Source of the DNA: Pseudomonadota bacterium
Lineage (GTDB): Bacteria; Pseudomonadota; Gammaproteobacteria; Burkholderiales; JBFMAC01
NCBI GenBank assembly: GCA_040756015.1
Contig: JBFMAC010000013.1
Location: 6,483 to 70,482, forward strand
Reading direction: 5' to 3'
DNA: 64,000 nt
Shown piece after piece: positions 55,474 through 64,000 of this stretch. The notes beneath the pieces were generated by a model, which searched no databases, was not told where the DNA came from, and saw only the letters and a program-made list of their open reading frames with translations. Positions within the stretch are counted from its first letter, which is position 1. Every line of letters begins with the position of its first letter. A program made the translations under genes and the position numbers.

Positions 55474-58404
55474 ATGAAGCTCGTCCCCGCCTTCCTCACC
55501 GACTGGACGCTGCGCCCGCACCACCCGGAAGCCAGCCCGGTACGGCTGACGCAGCGCCGCGTGTATATCCTGCCCACGCGCCAGGGGCTGCTGTTCGCGG
55601 TGACGCTGTTCATGATGCTGATCGGCTCGATCAACTACAACCTCAGCCTGGGCTATGCGCTGACTTTCCTGCTGGCGTCGATGGGCTTGCTGTCGATGCT
55701 GCACACTTGGCGCAACCTCGCCGGTCTCGCTTTGCACGCCGGCAAAAGCGAACCCGTCTTCGCCGGTGGCCGCGCGCATTTCGTGGTGCGCATCGAAAAC
55801 GGCAGCGACCTCGCGCGCTACGGCATCGCGCTCGCCTCAGCGGGCCAAGCACCGCTGTACTACGACGTGCCGGCGCGACAAAGCGTGGCGGCAGACCTGA
55901 CCATCCCGGCAAGGCGGCGCGGCGTGCTGCGCGCGGGCCGCTTCATGCTCTACACGCGCTACCCGCTTGGGCTGTTCCATGCCTGGAGCAATGTCGAACT
56001 CGACATGCAGTGCCTGGTGTATCCGCAGCCCGACGACAGCCGCATCGCGCCACCAGTGCCACAACCGCAACCCGGCAGTGGCGTTGAATACGGCTTGGGC
56101 GAGGAGGACTTCGCCGGCCTGCGTCTCTACCAGGCGGGGGATCCGTTGAAGCGCGTCTCCTGGAAAGCGGCAGCACGCGGACAGCCGCTGATGACCAAGG
56201 AATTCAGCGGCCGTGCCGACACGGAACTATGGCTGGACTGGGCGCAACTGCCTGCCGGCATGGGCACCGAGACGAAGCTGTCGCGCCTGGCGCGCTGGGT
56301 GGTCGACGCCGCTGCCGCCCATGCGCGCTACGGCCTGCGCCTGCCAGGCATCGTCATCCCACCCGCCAGCGGCGACGAGCAGCGCGACCGCTGCCTGGCC
56401 GCGCTGGCGCTGTTCGAACCTGAGGAATACAAGCCCGCCGCTCCCAGGGCGCAGGCCAGCGAGCGCCCGCTCGGCCTGCACGCACTGTTCTGGGTGCTGC
56501 TGTCCTTCGTGTTGTCTGTGGCGCCGCACGCCGCACGGCTGCCGTGGTGGATCGTGCTGCTCGCCGGCCTGCTGACCGCGCTGCGCGCCATCATCGCGCA
56601 GCGCGCCCTGCCACTGCCGCGCAAAGCGCTGCTGTTGTTGACCGTGGCCAGCGCCTGCGGCGGGATCTTCCTCAGCTACGGCACCCTGTTCGGGCGCGAT
56701 GCCGGCATCGCGCTGCTGGTGACGATGCTGGCGATGAAGCTGATGGAGATACGCACGCTGCGCGATGCCATGCTGCTCAATGTGCTCGGCTACTTCGTGG
56801 TGATCACCAACTTCTTCTACACCCAGACCATACCCACCGCGCTCTATATGATGGGCGTGGTGTGGCTGATCACCGCCGGCATGATCGCGGTGCAGCGTGA
56901 ACGCAGCTTCACCCACCGCGAAATCCTGCCGGTTGCCGGTACGCTGCTGGCGCAGGCGGTGCCGCTGATGCTGGTGCTGTTCGTGCTGTTCCCGCGCGTG
57001 CAGGGCCCGCTGTGGGGATTGCCGCAGGATACCCGTGCCACCATCACCGGCCTGTCCGACAAGATGGCACCAGGCAGCGTCAGCCAGCTGATCCTGTCCG
57101 ACGCGGTGGCGTTCCGCGTCAAGTTCGAGGCGTCGCCGCCGCAAGTACAGCAGCTTTACTGGCGCGGGCCGGTGCTGTGGGATTTCGACGGGCGCACCTG
57201 GAACATGGGCAAACCGCAACCGACCTTGCAGGCGCACTACCAGTCGCTGGACGAGCCGGTGCGCTACACGGTAACACTGGAGCCGCACAACCAGCGCTGG
57301 CTGTTCGCACTTGACCTGCCGGCACAGGTGCCGCCGGCGAGCATGGTCACGCGTGATTTCCAGTTGCTCGCCAATGCGCCGCTACGCACCCGCTTGCGCT
57401 ATGACATGAGCTCCCACCTGCGCTACCGCACCGACGCCACCGAAAACGAAGCGGTATTGCAGCGCGCGCTGCAACTGCCCGCCGGCTTCAACCCGCGTGC
57501 GCGTGAACTGGCACAATCCTGGCGCAGCTCGTCGCAAAGCAACAATGACGTCGTACAAAGCGCGCTACGCTATTTTCGCGAGCAGTCGTTCTTCTACACC
57601 TTGAATCCGCCCCTGCTCGGCAACGACGGCGTAGACGAATTCCTGTTCGATACGCGACGCGGCTTCTGCGAACACTACGCAGGAAGCTTCGCGTTCCTGA
57701 TGCGCGCGGCGGGCATCCCGGCACGCGTGGTCACCGGCTACCAGGGCGGCGAGTTGAATCCGCTCGGCGATTTCCTCACCGTGCGCCAGACCGAGGCGCA
57801 CGCCTGGGCGGAAGTGTGGCTGAAAGAAACGGGCTGGGTGCGCGTCGACCCCACCGCCGCCGTGTCGCCCCTGCGGGTCGAGGCCGGCATCGCGGCCGCT
57901 GTGCCGGTAGACGAGCCGGTGCCGTTCCTGGTACGCACCGATGCGGCGTGGCTGAAGCGGGTGCGCTTCACCTGGGACAACATCGCCAACACCTGGAACC
58001 AGTGGGTGCTGGGCTACGGTCCGGAGCGGCAGCGCCAGTTGCTGCGCAGCGCCGGCATGTCGGCCACCACCTGGCAGAATATGGTGCAGGCGCTGGTGAT
58101 GGTCGTTGCCGTCGTCGTCGCGCTGCTCGCCGCGCTCACCCTGCGCCGCCTGCGCGGCCGGCCGCGCGATGCGGTGCTGGCGCTGTACCAGAAGTTCTGC
58201 ACGAGGCTTGCCAAACGCGGCCTGGTGCGCGCGGCTCACGAAGGACCGATGGATTTTTGCGCGCGCGTCGCGTACCTGCGCCCCGACCTGGCTCAGCAGG
58301 TGCAGGCGATCAGCGGACTTTATGTCGCGCTGCGCTACGGGAATGTCCGGGATGACGGTTCGCGGCGCATGCTGGCCCAGCTGGTGCGCGCCTTCCGGGT
58401 ATGA
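55474..58404 (+). CDS. DUF58 domain fused to TgpA-like DUF3488/transglutaminase protein
   Basis: N-terminal RRVYILPT, YPLGLF and GDPLKRVSWKA; C-terminal FPR..PLWG, YWRG, GFCEHYA, HAWAEVW and RVDPT. Confidence 0.9.
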   Translation: MKLVPAFLTDWTLRPHHPEASPVRLTQRRVYILPTRQGLLFAVTLFMMLIGSINYNLSLGYALTFLLASMGLLSMLHTWRNLAGLALHAGKSEPVFAGGRAHFVVRIENGSDLARYGIALASAGQAPLYYDVPARQSVAADLTIPARRRGVLRAGRFMLYTRYPLGLFHAWSNVELDMQCLVYPQPDDSRIAPPVPQPQPGSGVEYGLGEEDFAGLRLYQAGDPLKRVSWKAAARGQPLMTKEFSGRADTELWLDWAQLPAGMGTETKLSRLARWVVDAAAAHARYGLRLPGIVIPPASGDEQRDRCLAALALFEPEEYKPAAPRAQASERPLGLHALFWVLLSFVLSVAPHAARLPWWIVLLAGLLTALRAIIAQRALPLPRKALLLLTVASACGGIFLSYGTLFGRDAGIALLVTMLAMKLMEIRTLRDAMLLNVLGYFVVITNFFYTQTIPTALYMMGVVWLITAGMIAVQRERSFTHREILPVAGTLLAQAVPLMLVLFVLFPRVQGPLWGLPQDTRATITGLSDKMAPGSVSQLILSDAVAFRVKFEASPPQVQQLYWRGPVLWDFDGRTWNMGKPQPTLQAHYQSLDEPVRYTVTLEPHNQRWLFALDLPAQVPPASMVTRDFQLLANAPLRTRLRYDMSSHLRYRTDATENEAVLQRALQLPAGFNPRARELAQSWRSSSQSNNDVVQSALRYFREQSFFYTLNPPLLGNDGVDEFLFDTRRGFCEHYAGSFAFLMRAAGIPARVVTGYQGGELNPLGDFLTVRQTEAHAWAEVWLKETGWVRVDPTAAVSPLRVEAGIAAAVPVDEPVPFLVRTDAAWLKRVRFTWDNIANTWNQWVLGYGPERQRQLLRSAGMSATTWQNMVQALVMVVAVVVALLAALTLRRLRGRPRDAVLALYQKFCTRLAKRGLVRAAHEGPMDFCARVAYLRPDLAQQVQAISGLYVALRYGNVRDDGSRRMLAQLVRAFRV

Positions 58405-58437
58405 GCACGCCTTGCATTGCCTGCCGGAGCGACAGCG

Positions 58438-59367
58438 CTATAACAGCACGTCGCGGGACATGCCTTCGCGTTGCAGGATCTTGCGCAGCGCCGCCAGCGC
58501 TTCAAGCTGGATCTGGCGCACGCGCTCGCGCGTCAGCCCCATGGATGCGGCAAGGGTGTCGAGGGTGCAAATTTCCACGCCATTAAGCCCGTAACGACGC
58601 TCCACCACCCAGCGCTGCTTGTCGCTCAACTGTGCCATCCATTCGCTCACGAACCCCGCGATTTCGGTACGCTCCAGGTTCTCCCCCGGTAGCGGCGCGC
58701 GCTCATCCGGGATCGCCTCGCCGATCGACAGCATGGGGTCGATGTCGAGCGGTGCATCGAGCGAGGCAATGCGCTCGTTGAAGCGCAGGATGCGGCGCAC
58801 TTCCTCGGTGTCGCGCCCCACCAGATGGGCCACGTCCTCGGCACTGGGCGCTCTGTCTCCGTGGGTTTCCAAGTGGCGCATCGCACGCAGAATCAGGTTG
58901 AGTTCCTTGATCACGTGCACCGGCAGGCGGATGGTGCGCGACTGGTTCATGATGGCGCGCTCGATGTTCTGGCGTATCCACCAGGTGGCATAGGTGGAAA
59001 AGCGGAAACCGCGCTCGGGGTCGAATTTTTCCAGCGCGTGCATCAGGCCGAGGTTGCCTTCCTCGATCAGGTCGAGCAACGCCACGCCGCGGTTGGTGTA
59101 ATGCTTGGCGATGTTGACCACCAGGCGCAGGTTGCGCTCGATCATGACCTGGCGCGCCTGGAAGTCGCCCTGCGCGGCGAGGCGCGCGTAATGCAACTCC
59201 TCCTCCGCACTGAGCAGCGCGTTCTGGCCGATTTCGTTGAGATAAATCTGCGTCACGTCGGAAAGCAAATCGACGTGCTCGACCTCGATCAGTTCGGCGC
59301 CCTCCAACGGCGCTTCGGCCTCGGTTTCGGTATCTTCGTATCCCTCCTCGTCATCTCCTGCGTTCAT
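58438..59367 (-). CDS. rpoS: RNA polymerase sigma factor RpoS
   Basis: DLIEEGNLGL, FSTYATWWIRQ and RERVRQIQ; downstream of nlpD. Confidence 0.96.
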   Translation of the reverse strand: MNAGDDEEGYEDTETEAEAPLEGAELIEVEHVDLLSDVTQIYLNEIGQNALLSAEEELHYARLAAQGDFQARQVMIERNLRLVVNIAKHYTNRGVALLDLIEEGNLGLMHALEKFDPERGFRFSTYATWWIRQNIERAIMNQSRTIRLPVHVIKELNLILRAMRHLETHGDRAPSAEDVAHLVGRDTEEVRRILRFNERIASLDAPLDIDPMLSIGEAIPDERAPLPGENLERTEIAGFVSEWMAQLSDKQRWVVERRYGLNGVEICTLDTLAASMGLTRERVRQIQLEALAALRKILQREGMSRDVLL

Positions 59368-60338
59368 GATGCCCCCCCGGGTAGGTATTTTTCCGGATCC
59401 ACCGGCCGGCCAAGCTGACGAATTTCAAAATGCAGCTTGATCTGGTCGGTGTCGGTGTTGCCCATCTCGGCGATCTTCTGTCCCTTGGTCACCATCTGGC
59501 CTTCCTTGACCAGGATTTCGTTGTTATGACTGTATACGCTGGAAAAACTTCGGCTGTGCTTGATGACGATCAGCTTACCATAACCACGTATGCCGCTGCC
59601 GCTGTACACCACCTTGCCGGCAGCACTGGCCAGCACCGGCTGGCCGGCCACGCCGGCGATATCCACGCCTTTCAGGTTGGGGTTCTCGCTGAATCGTGCC
59701 AACACCTTGCCGCGTGCCGGCCAACTCCATTCGATGTGGTCGTCCGCTTCGGCCGCAGCAACCGCTTCCGCCTTGGCATCGGGTCTGGCTTCGGGTTTGG
59801 TCGGCACTGGCTGCGGCGTGACGATGGCCTTGGCCTGGACGGGTTGCGCCGCTTTCGGTATGTCCTGCGGCGACTGCGCCATGGCCAGCGCCTTTTCCGA
59901 ATAGGGCAGCTTGAGCGCTTTCGGCTGCGACTTGATGTCGACCGCTTCCGCGACCGGGTGCCCCGCCACCGGCGGCGCCATCATCAGCGGCGCGGTCGAT
60001 GCCGCTTCCGGCGGCGGGGTGAAGCGCAACTGCTGGCCGATCAGGATACGGCCGGGGTCGTCGAGCTCGTTCCACGCGGCCAGCTCTTTGTAATCGAAGC
60101 CATGCTCGAGAGCGATGCTATACAGGGTGTCACCCTTCTTCACCACATAGTTTTCCGGGCGCCAGTCGCCCCCCTTGGTGTCTGACTGCGCAGGCACCAG
60201 CGCCTTGGCCTCGACGGGTTTGGACCTGGCTTCCTGCGGCGCGGTGCGATCACTCACCGGCGCGGGCTGCGGCGTGGAAGCGCAGCCGGCTATCAACGCC
60301 AGCAGCAACATTCCGTATAAACGATGCAGCACCATCAT
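59364..60338 (-). CDS. nlpD: LysM/M23 lipoprotein NlpD
   Basis: Lipobox IAGC, Lys[12 protein letters not shown] and LHFEIR. Confidence 0.92.
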   Translation of the reverse strand: MMVLHRLYGMLLLALIAGCASTPQPAPVSDRTAPQEARSKPVEAKALVPAQSDTKGGDWRPENYVVKKGDTLYSIALEHGFDYKELAAWNELDDPGRILIGQQLRFTPPPEAASTAPLMMAPPVAGHPVAEAVDIKSQPKALKLPYSEKALAMAQSPQDIPKAAQPVQAKAIVTPQPVPTKPEARPDAKAEAVAAAEADDHIEWSWPARGKVLARFSENPNLKGVDIAGVAGQPVLASAAGKVVYSGSGIRGYGKLIVIKHSRSFSSVYSHNNEILVKEGQMVTKGQKIAEMGNTDTDQIKLHFEIRQLGRPVDPEKYLPGGAS

Positions 60339-60988
60339 GTCACCCCCGGCAGCAGCGGCACGAACCTGACCTCGTCGAGCACGGTCTCATCGAAGCCCCG
60401 CGGCGTGCGCTCGATCACGCACAGCTGCTGCTCGCGGCTGCCCTTGGGCAGCACCATGACCCCGCCCACCGCCAGCTGTTCCAGCAACGCCGGCGGCACA
60501 TGAGTGGCCGCCGCCGCCATCACCATGGCATCGAACGGTACCACTTCGGGCAGGCCGAGCAGGCCATCGGCATGGCGCACACGCACGTTGCCGATGCGTA
60601 GTTCGCGCAGATGGGTGCGCGCCTTGGTTGCCAGCGGCGCGATGCGCTCGATGCTGTATACCTCGCGCGCCAGGCGCGCCAGGATCGCAGCCTGGTAGCC
60701 GCAGCCAGTGCCGATTTCCAGCACCCTGCCGAGCGCACCGCCACGCCGGGCGATCTCCGCCATGCGCGCCACGATGTAGGGATTGGATATGGTCTGGCCG
60801 AAACCGATGGGCAGCGCAATGTCCTCATAGGCGCGGCTGGACAGCGCTTCGTCGACGAAGATGTGGCGCGGCACCTCGCCCATCGCCGCCAGCACCACCT
60901 CGTCGGCGATGCCAGCCTCGCGCAGGCGCTCGACCATGCGCATGCGGGTGCGTTGCGAAGTCATGCCGATGCCGCTCAGCTTGTTCAT
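60335..60988 (-). CDS. pcm: Protein-L-isoaspartate O-methyltransferase
   Basis: [21 protein letters not shown] and FVPL motifs. Confidence 0.96.
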   Translation of the reverse strand: MNKLSGIGMTSQRTRMRMVERLREAGIADEVVLAAMGEVPRHIFVDEALSSRAYEDIALPIGFGQTISNPYIVARMAEIARRGGALGRVLEIGTGCGYQAAILARLAREVYSIERIAPLATKARTHLRELRIGNVRVRHADGLLGLPEVVPFDAMVMAAAATHVPPALLEQLAVGGVMVLPKGSREQQLCVIERTPRGFDETVLDEVRFVPLLPGVT

Positions 60989-61725
60989 GTCGCCCAGTTT
61001 CTCACGCTTTGCAGTTGCGCATAATGCGTCAGGTCGATCTGCAGCGGCGTGATCGACACCTGGCCCTGCGCCACCGCATAAAAATCGGTGCCCTCGCCGG
61101 CATCCTGCGCTGCCCCCGCCGCCCCCACCCAGTACACCGCCTCGCCGCGCGGATTTTCCGTTCTGATCACCGGCTCGGCCTTGTGGCGCCGCCCCAGGCG
61201 TGTCACCGCGATGCCGCGCAATTCTTCGTAAGGCACATCCGGCACGTTGACATTGAGCAGGGCCGGCTGCGCCAGCGGCGTTTCCTGGAAGCGGCGCACC
61301 AGGTCGGCGGCAACCCGCGCCGCCGTGGCATAGTTGCCGTTGCCGCGGTTCACCAGCGAAACGGCGATGGCCGGAAGCTCCAGCAGGAAACCTTCGGTGG
61401 CCGCCGCGACCGTGCCCGAGTATATCGTGTCGTCACCCATGTTGGCGCCGTGATTGATGCCGGAAACCACCATGTCGGGCAGTTCGTCGAGCAGGCCGGT
61501 CACCGCCAGGTGCACGCAATCGGTGGGGGTGCCATTGACGTAGAAGAAGCCGTTATGCGATTTACGCACGGAAAGTGGACGGTCGAGGGTGAGAGAGTTA
61601 CTGGCGCCGCTGCGGTCGCGCTCGGGAGCAACCACCATCACCTGCGCAAACTCGGACAGCGTCTGCGCCAGGATTGCGATTCCCGGGGCAAAGTAACCGT
61701 CGTCATTGCTTAGAAGGATGCGCAT
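60985..61725 (-). CDS. surE: 5'/3'-nucleotidase SurE
   Basis: [24 protein letters not shown] and YSGTV motifs. Confidence 0.97.
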   Translation of the reverse strand: MRILLSNDDGYFAPGIAILAQTLSEFAQVMVVAPERDRSGASNSLTLDRPLSVRKSHNGFFYVNGTPTDCVHLAVTGLLDELPDMVVSGINHGANMGDDTIYSGTVAAATEGFLLELPAIAVSLVNRGNGNYATAARVAADLVRRFQETPLAQPALLNVNVPDVPYEELRGIAVTRLGRRHKAEPVIRTENPRGEAVYWVGAAGAAQDAGEGTDFYAVAQGQVSITPLQIDLTHYAQLQSVRNWAT

Positions 61726-61775
61726 TGGGCCAGCACTCGCGCGCCATGCATTGCGGCGCGACATTTTAGGAATCA

Positions 61776-61852
<77 letters not shown>

Positions 61853-61879
61853 ACGGCGCGAATTATATCAGAGCGGGCA

Positions 61880-62239
61880 TCAGGCACGCAGCAATTGCAG
61901 CACATTACCGATCTCACGGCGCAGCGCAGCAATATCCGGCTTGGCGTTTGCCGCGCGGGCAAGCACGGCATGCGCGCCGGTTTCTTCCAGGCGGTTGCGC
62001 GCGCCGCTGATGGTGAAACCCTGCTCATAGAGCAATTCGCGGATGCGCCGGATCAGCAGTACTTCGTGGTGCTGGTAATAGCGGCGGTTGCCGCGGCGCT
62101 TCACCGGCTTCAGGCTGGTGAATTCCTGTTCCCAGTAGCGCAGCACGTGCGGCTTCACGCCGCACAGTTCGCTGACTTCGCCTATGGTGAAGTAGCGCTT
62201 GGCGGGGATGGGCGGCAGGTCACTCCGCTTGGGTTCCAT
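61880..62239 (-). CDS. MerR family HTH regulator (ihfA-linked)
   Basis: [22 protein letters not shown] and RRYY motifs. Confidence 0.93.
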   Translation of the reverse strand: MEPKRSDLPPIPAKRYFTIGEVSELCGVKPHVLRYWEQEFTSLKPVKRRGNRRYYQHHEVLLIRRIRELLYEQGFTISGARNRLEETGAHAVLARAANAKPDIAALRREIGNVLQLLRA

Positions 62240-62525
62240 GATAGTGCTGCTCCACCATGGCTTTCAGCTTCTGGCTGGCGTGAAAGGTCACCACGCGCCG
62301 CGCGGTGATGGGGATTTCCTCCCCGGTCTTGGGATTGCGGCCCGGACGCTGCGGCTTGTCGCGCAACTGGAAATTGCCGAATCCGGACAATTTCACGCTT
62401 TGCCCCGCCTCGAGGGCGACGCGGACCTCCTCGAAAAACGCCTCCACCATGTCCTTCGCCTCACGTTTGTTGAATCCAACCGTTTCAAACAACAGGTCGG
62501 CCAGTTCGGCTTTGGTTAACGTCAT
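62220..62525 (-). CDS. ihfA: Integration host factor alpha subunit
   Basis: [14 protein letters not shown] and [10 protein letters not shown] motifs. Confidence 0.97.
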   Translation of the reverse strand: MTLTKAELADLLFETVGFNKREAKDMVEAFFEEVRVALEAGQSVKLSGFGNFQLRDKPQRPGRNPKTGEEIPITARRVVTFHASQKLKAMVEQHYHGTQAE

Positions 62526-62533
62526 GTTCTACC

Positions 62534-64000
62534 TCAACTCCGCAGTTGTGCGGCAAATTTTTCCCTGAGTGTTGCAAGCAGATGCGCAAGCGCCGTTTCC
62601 ACTTCCGCATCGGTCAAAGTTTTTTGAGTATCTTGCAATAACACTCGGAATGCAAGACTTTTTTTCCCCTGCTCGATGCCTTTTCCACGGTACACGTCAA
62701 ACAGCGCAACCTCGCTCAGGCAGGCCGGAGCCGTTGCACGCATGGCATCGAGCAGCGCCTGGATGGCCACCGCTTCGTCCACCACCACGGCAAGGTCGCG
62801 CCTGACCGGCGGGAATTTCGAGACCTCGGCAAAATGTGGCAAATGACGCGCCAGCAAGGCCGCCAGTTCGATCTCGAACAACACCGGCGCCGACGGCAGT
62901 TCGTAGCGCTGTACCCACTGCGGATGCAGCTCGCCGATCACGCCGCAGGGACGGCCATGAATCATCACCTTGGCGCCACGCCCGGGATGGAGGGCGGGAT
63001 GGTTGCACACCTCGAAGCGCAAGTCAGCAGGGGCAAACAGCGCCTCGATTTCGCCTTTGACGTCGTAAAAATCCGCGTTGCGGGTCGGCATACCCCATTG
63101 CTCCGGATAGGCCGGCCCGAACACCAGGCCGGCGAGCATTTCCGGCTGCGCCGCTTCGCCGCGCCTGAAACAACGGCTGATTTCGAACAAACGCATGCGC
63201 GCCTGCCTGCGATTGAGGTTGGCACGCAGGCAATCGACCAGGCTGCCGATCAGGCTGGAGCGCATCACCCCCATCTGGCTGGCGATCGGGTTCTGCAAAG
63301 CCACCGGCGCTGCATTGGCGCAAAAATCGCGCTCCCATGCCGCGTCGACAAAGCTGTAAGTCACCACTTCCTGGTAGTCGCGCCCGACCAGAAAGGCGCG
63401 CAGTGCCTCCTTGCTGCGGCGCGTTTCCGGCGCAGGCAGCATCGCCATCGCGGCGCGCGGCGGCTGTGCGGGAATGTTGTCGTAACCGTATATGCGCGCC
63501 AGTTCCTCGATCAGGTCTTCCTCGATGGCGAGGTCGAAGCGATAACTCGGCGGGATGACGCGGAATTCGCCATCTTCCACCGTAAACTCGAAGCGCAGGC
63601 GTTGCAGCAGCGCGGCGATTTCGCCGCTGTTCAGCGCAATCCCCAGCACGCGCATGGCACGTTGCGGACGCAGGCGAACCGGCGCACGCTGCGGCAGTGT
63701 TCCGCGCACCTCGCTTACCGGCCCGGCTTGACCGCCACAAATTTCCAGCAGCAACTGGGTGGCGCGCTCCAGCGCCGCGCGGGTGGCGGCAAAGTCCACG
63801 CCGCGCTCGAAGCGGTGCGACGAATCAGTGGAAAAACCGTAGCGGCGCGCCTTGCCGGCCACCGACTGCGGCGCGAAGAATGCGCTCTCCAGGAACACGT
63901 CGCGCGTGGCATCGGTCACCGCGCTGTCCTGCCCGCCCATCACGCCAGCGAGCGCCTGCGGCCGATCCTGGTCGGCGATCACCAGCACGTCGGGCTGCAA
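62534..64000 (-). CDS. pheT: Phenylalanine--tRNA ligase beta subunit, 3' part (start outside the window)
   Basis: LESAFF, RFERGVD, RFDLAIEEDLIEE, LHPG and FDVYRG motifs. Confidence 0.97.
   Translation of the reverse strand: MQPDVLVIADQDRPQALAGVMGGQDSAVTDATRDVFLESAFFAPQSVAGKARRYGFSTDSSHRFERGVDFAATRAALERATQLLLEICGGQAGPVSEVRGTLPQRAPVRLRPQRAMRVLGIALNSGEIAALLQRLRFEFTVEDGEFRVIPPSYRFDLAIEEDLIEELARIYGYDNIPAQPPRAAMAMLPAPETRRSKEALRAFLVGRDYQEVVTYSFVDAAWERDFCANAAPVALQNPIASQMGVMRSSLIGSLVDCLRANLNRRQARMRLFEISRCFRRGEAAQPEMLAGLVFGPAYPEQWGMPTRNADFYDVKGEIEALFAPADLRFEVCNHPALHPGRGAKVMIHGRPCGVIGELHPQWVQRYELPSAPVLFEIELAALLARHLPHFAEVSKFPPVRRDLAVVVDEAVAIQALLDAMRATAPACLSEVALFDVYRGKGIEQGKKSLAFRVLLQDTQKTLTDAEVETALAHLLATLREKFAAQLRS

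Overview
GC-rich core-chromosome segment, probably from a Betaproteobacterium (Nitrosomonadales/Rhodocyclales-like; inferred from gene content and order). In order it carries: an M16 peptidase pair, ftsYEX, CIRCE-preceded rpoH, a heme-copper oxidase cluster, bioBFHCD/comF, a complete but rearranged MSHA type IV pilus cluster, trmL, an ArsR-RND-DUF2892-pglL-rhodanese-grxC-trxC-secB-gpsA string, gpmI-envC-S41 protease, a toxin-antitoxin pair, moeB, an M1 peptidase, a DUF58-transglutaminase fusion, and rpoS-nlpD-pcm-surE-tRNA-Pro-merR-ihfA-pheT. The main oddity is the A-family oxidase. It keeps all metal ligands, the crosslinking Tyr and the D-channel, but the K-channel (Lys, Ser and the subunit II Glu), the Mg site and one Arg of the RR pair are substituted, subunit III is remodelled, and no heme A synthase is in the cluster. 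Other leads are two strand-biased structured RNA candidates in the MSHA cluster, a two-copy MITE-like element and a candidate persulfide-sensing efflux module. All assignments come from manual motif recognition against remembered consensus sequences; no database searches or folding programs were run.
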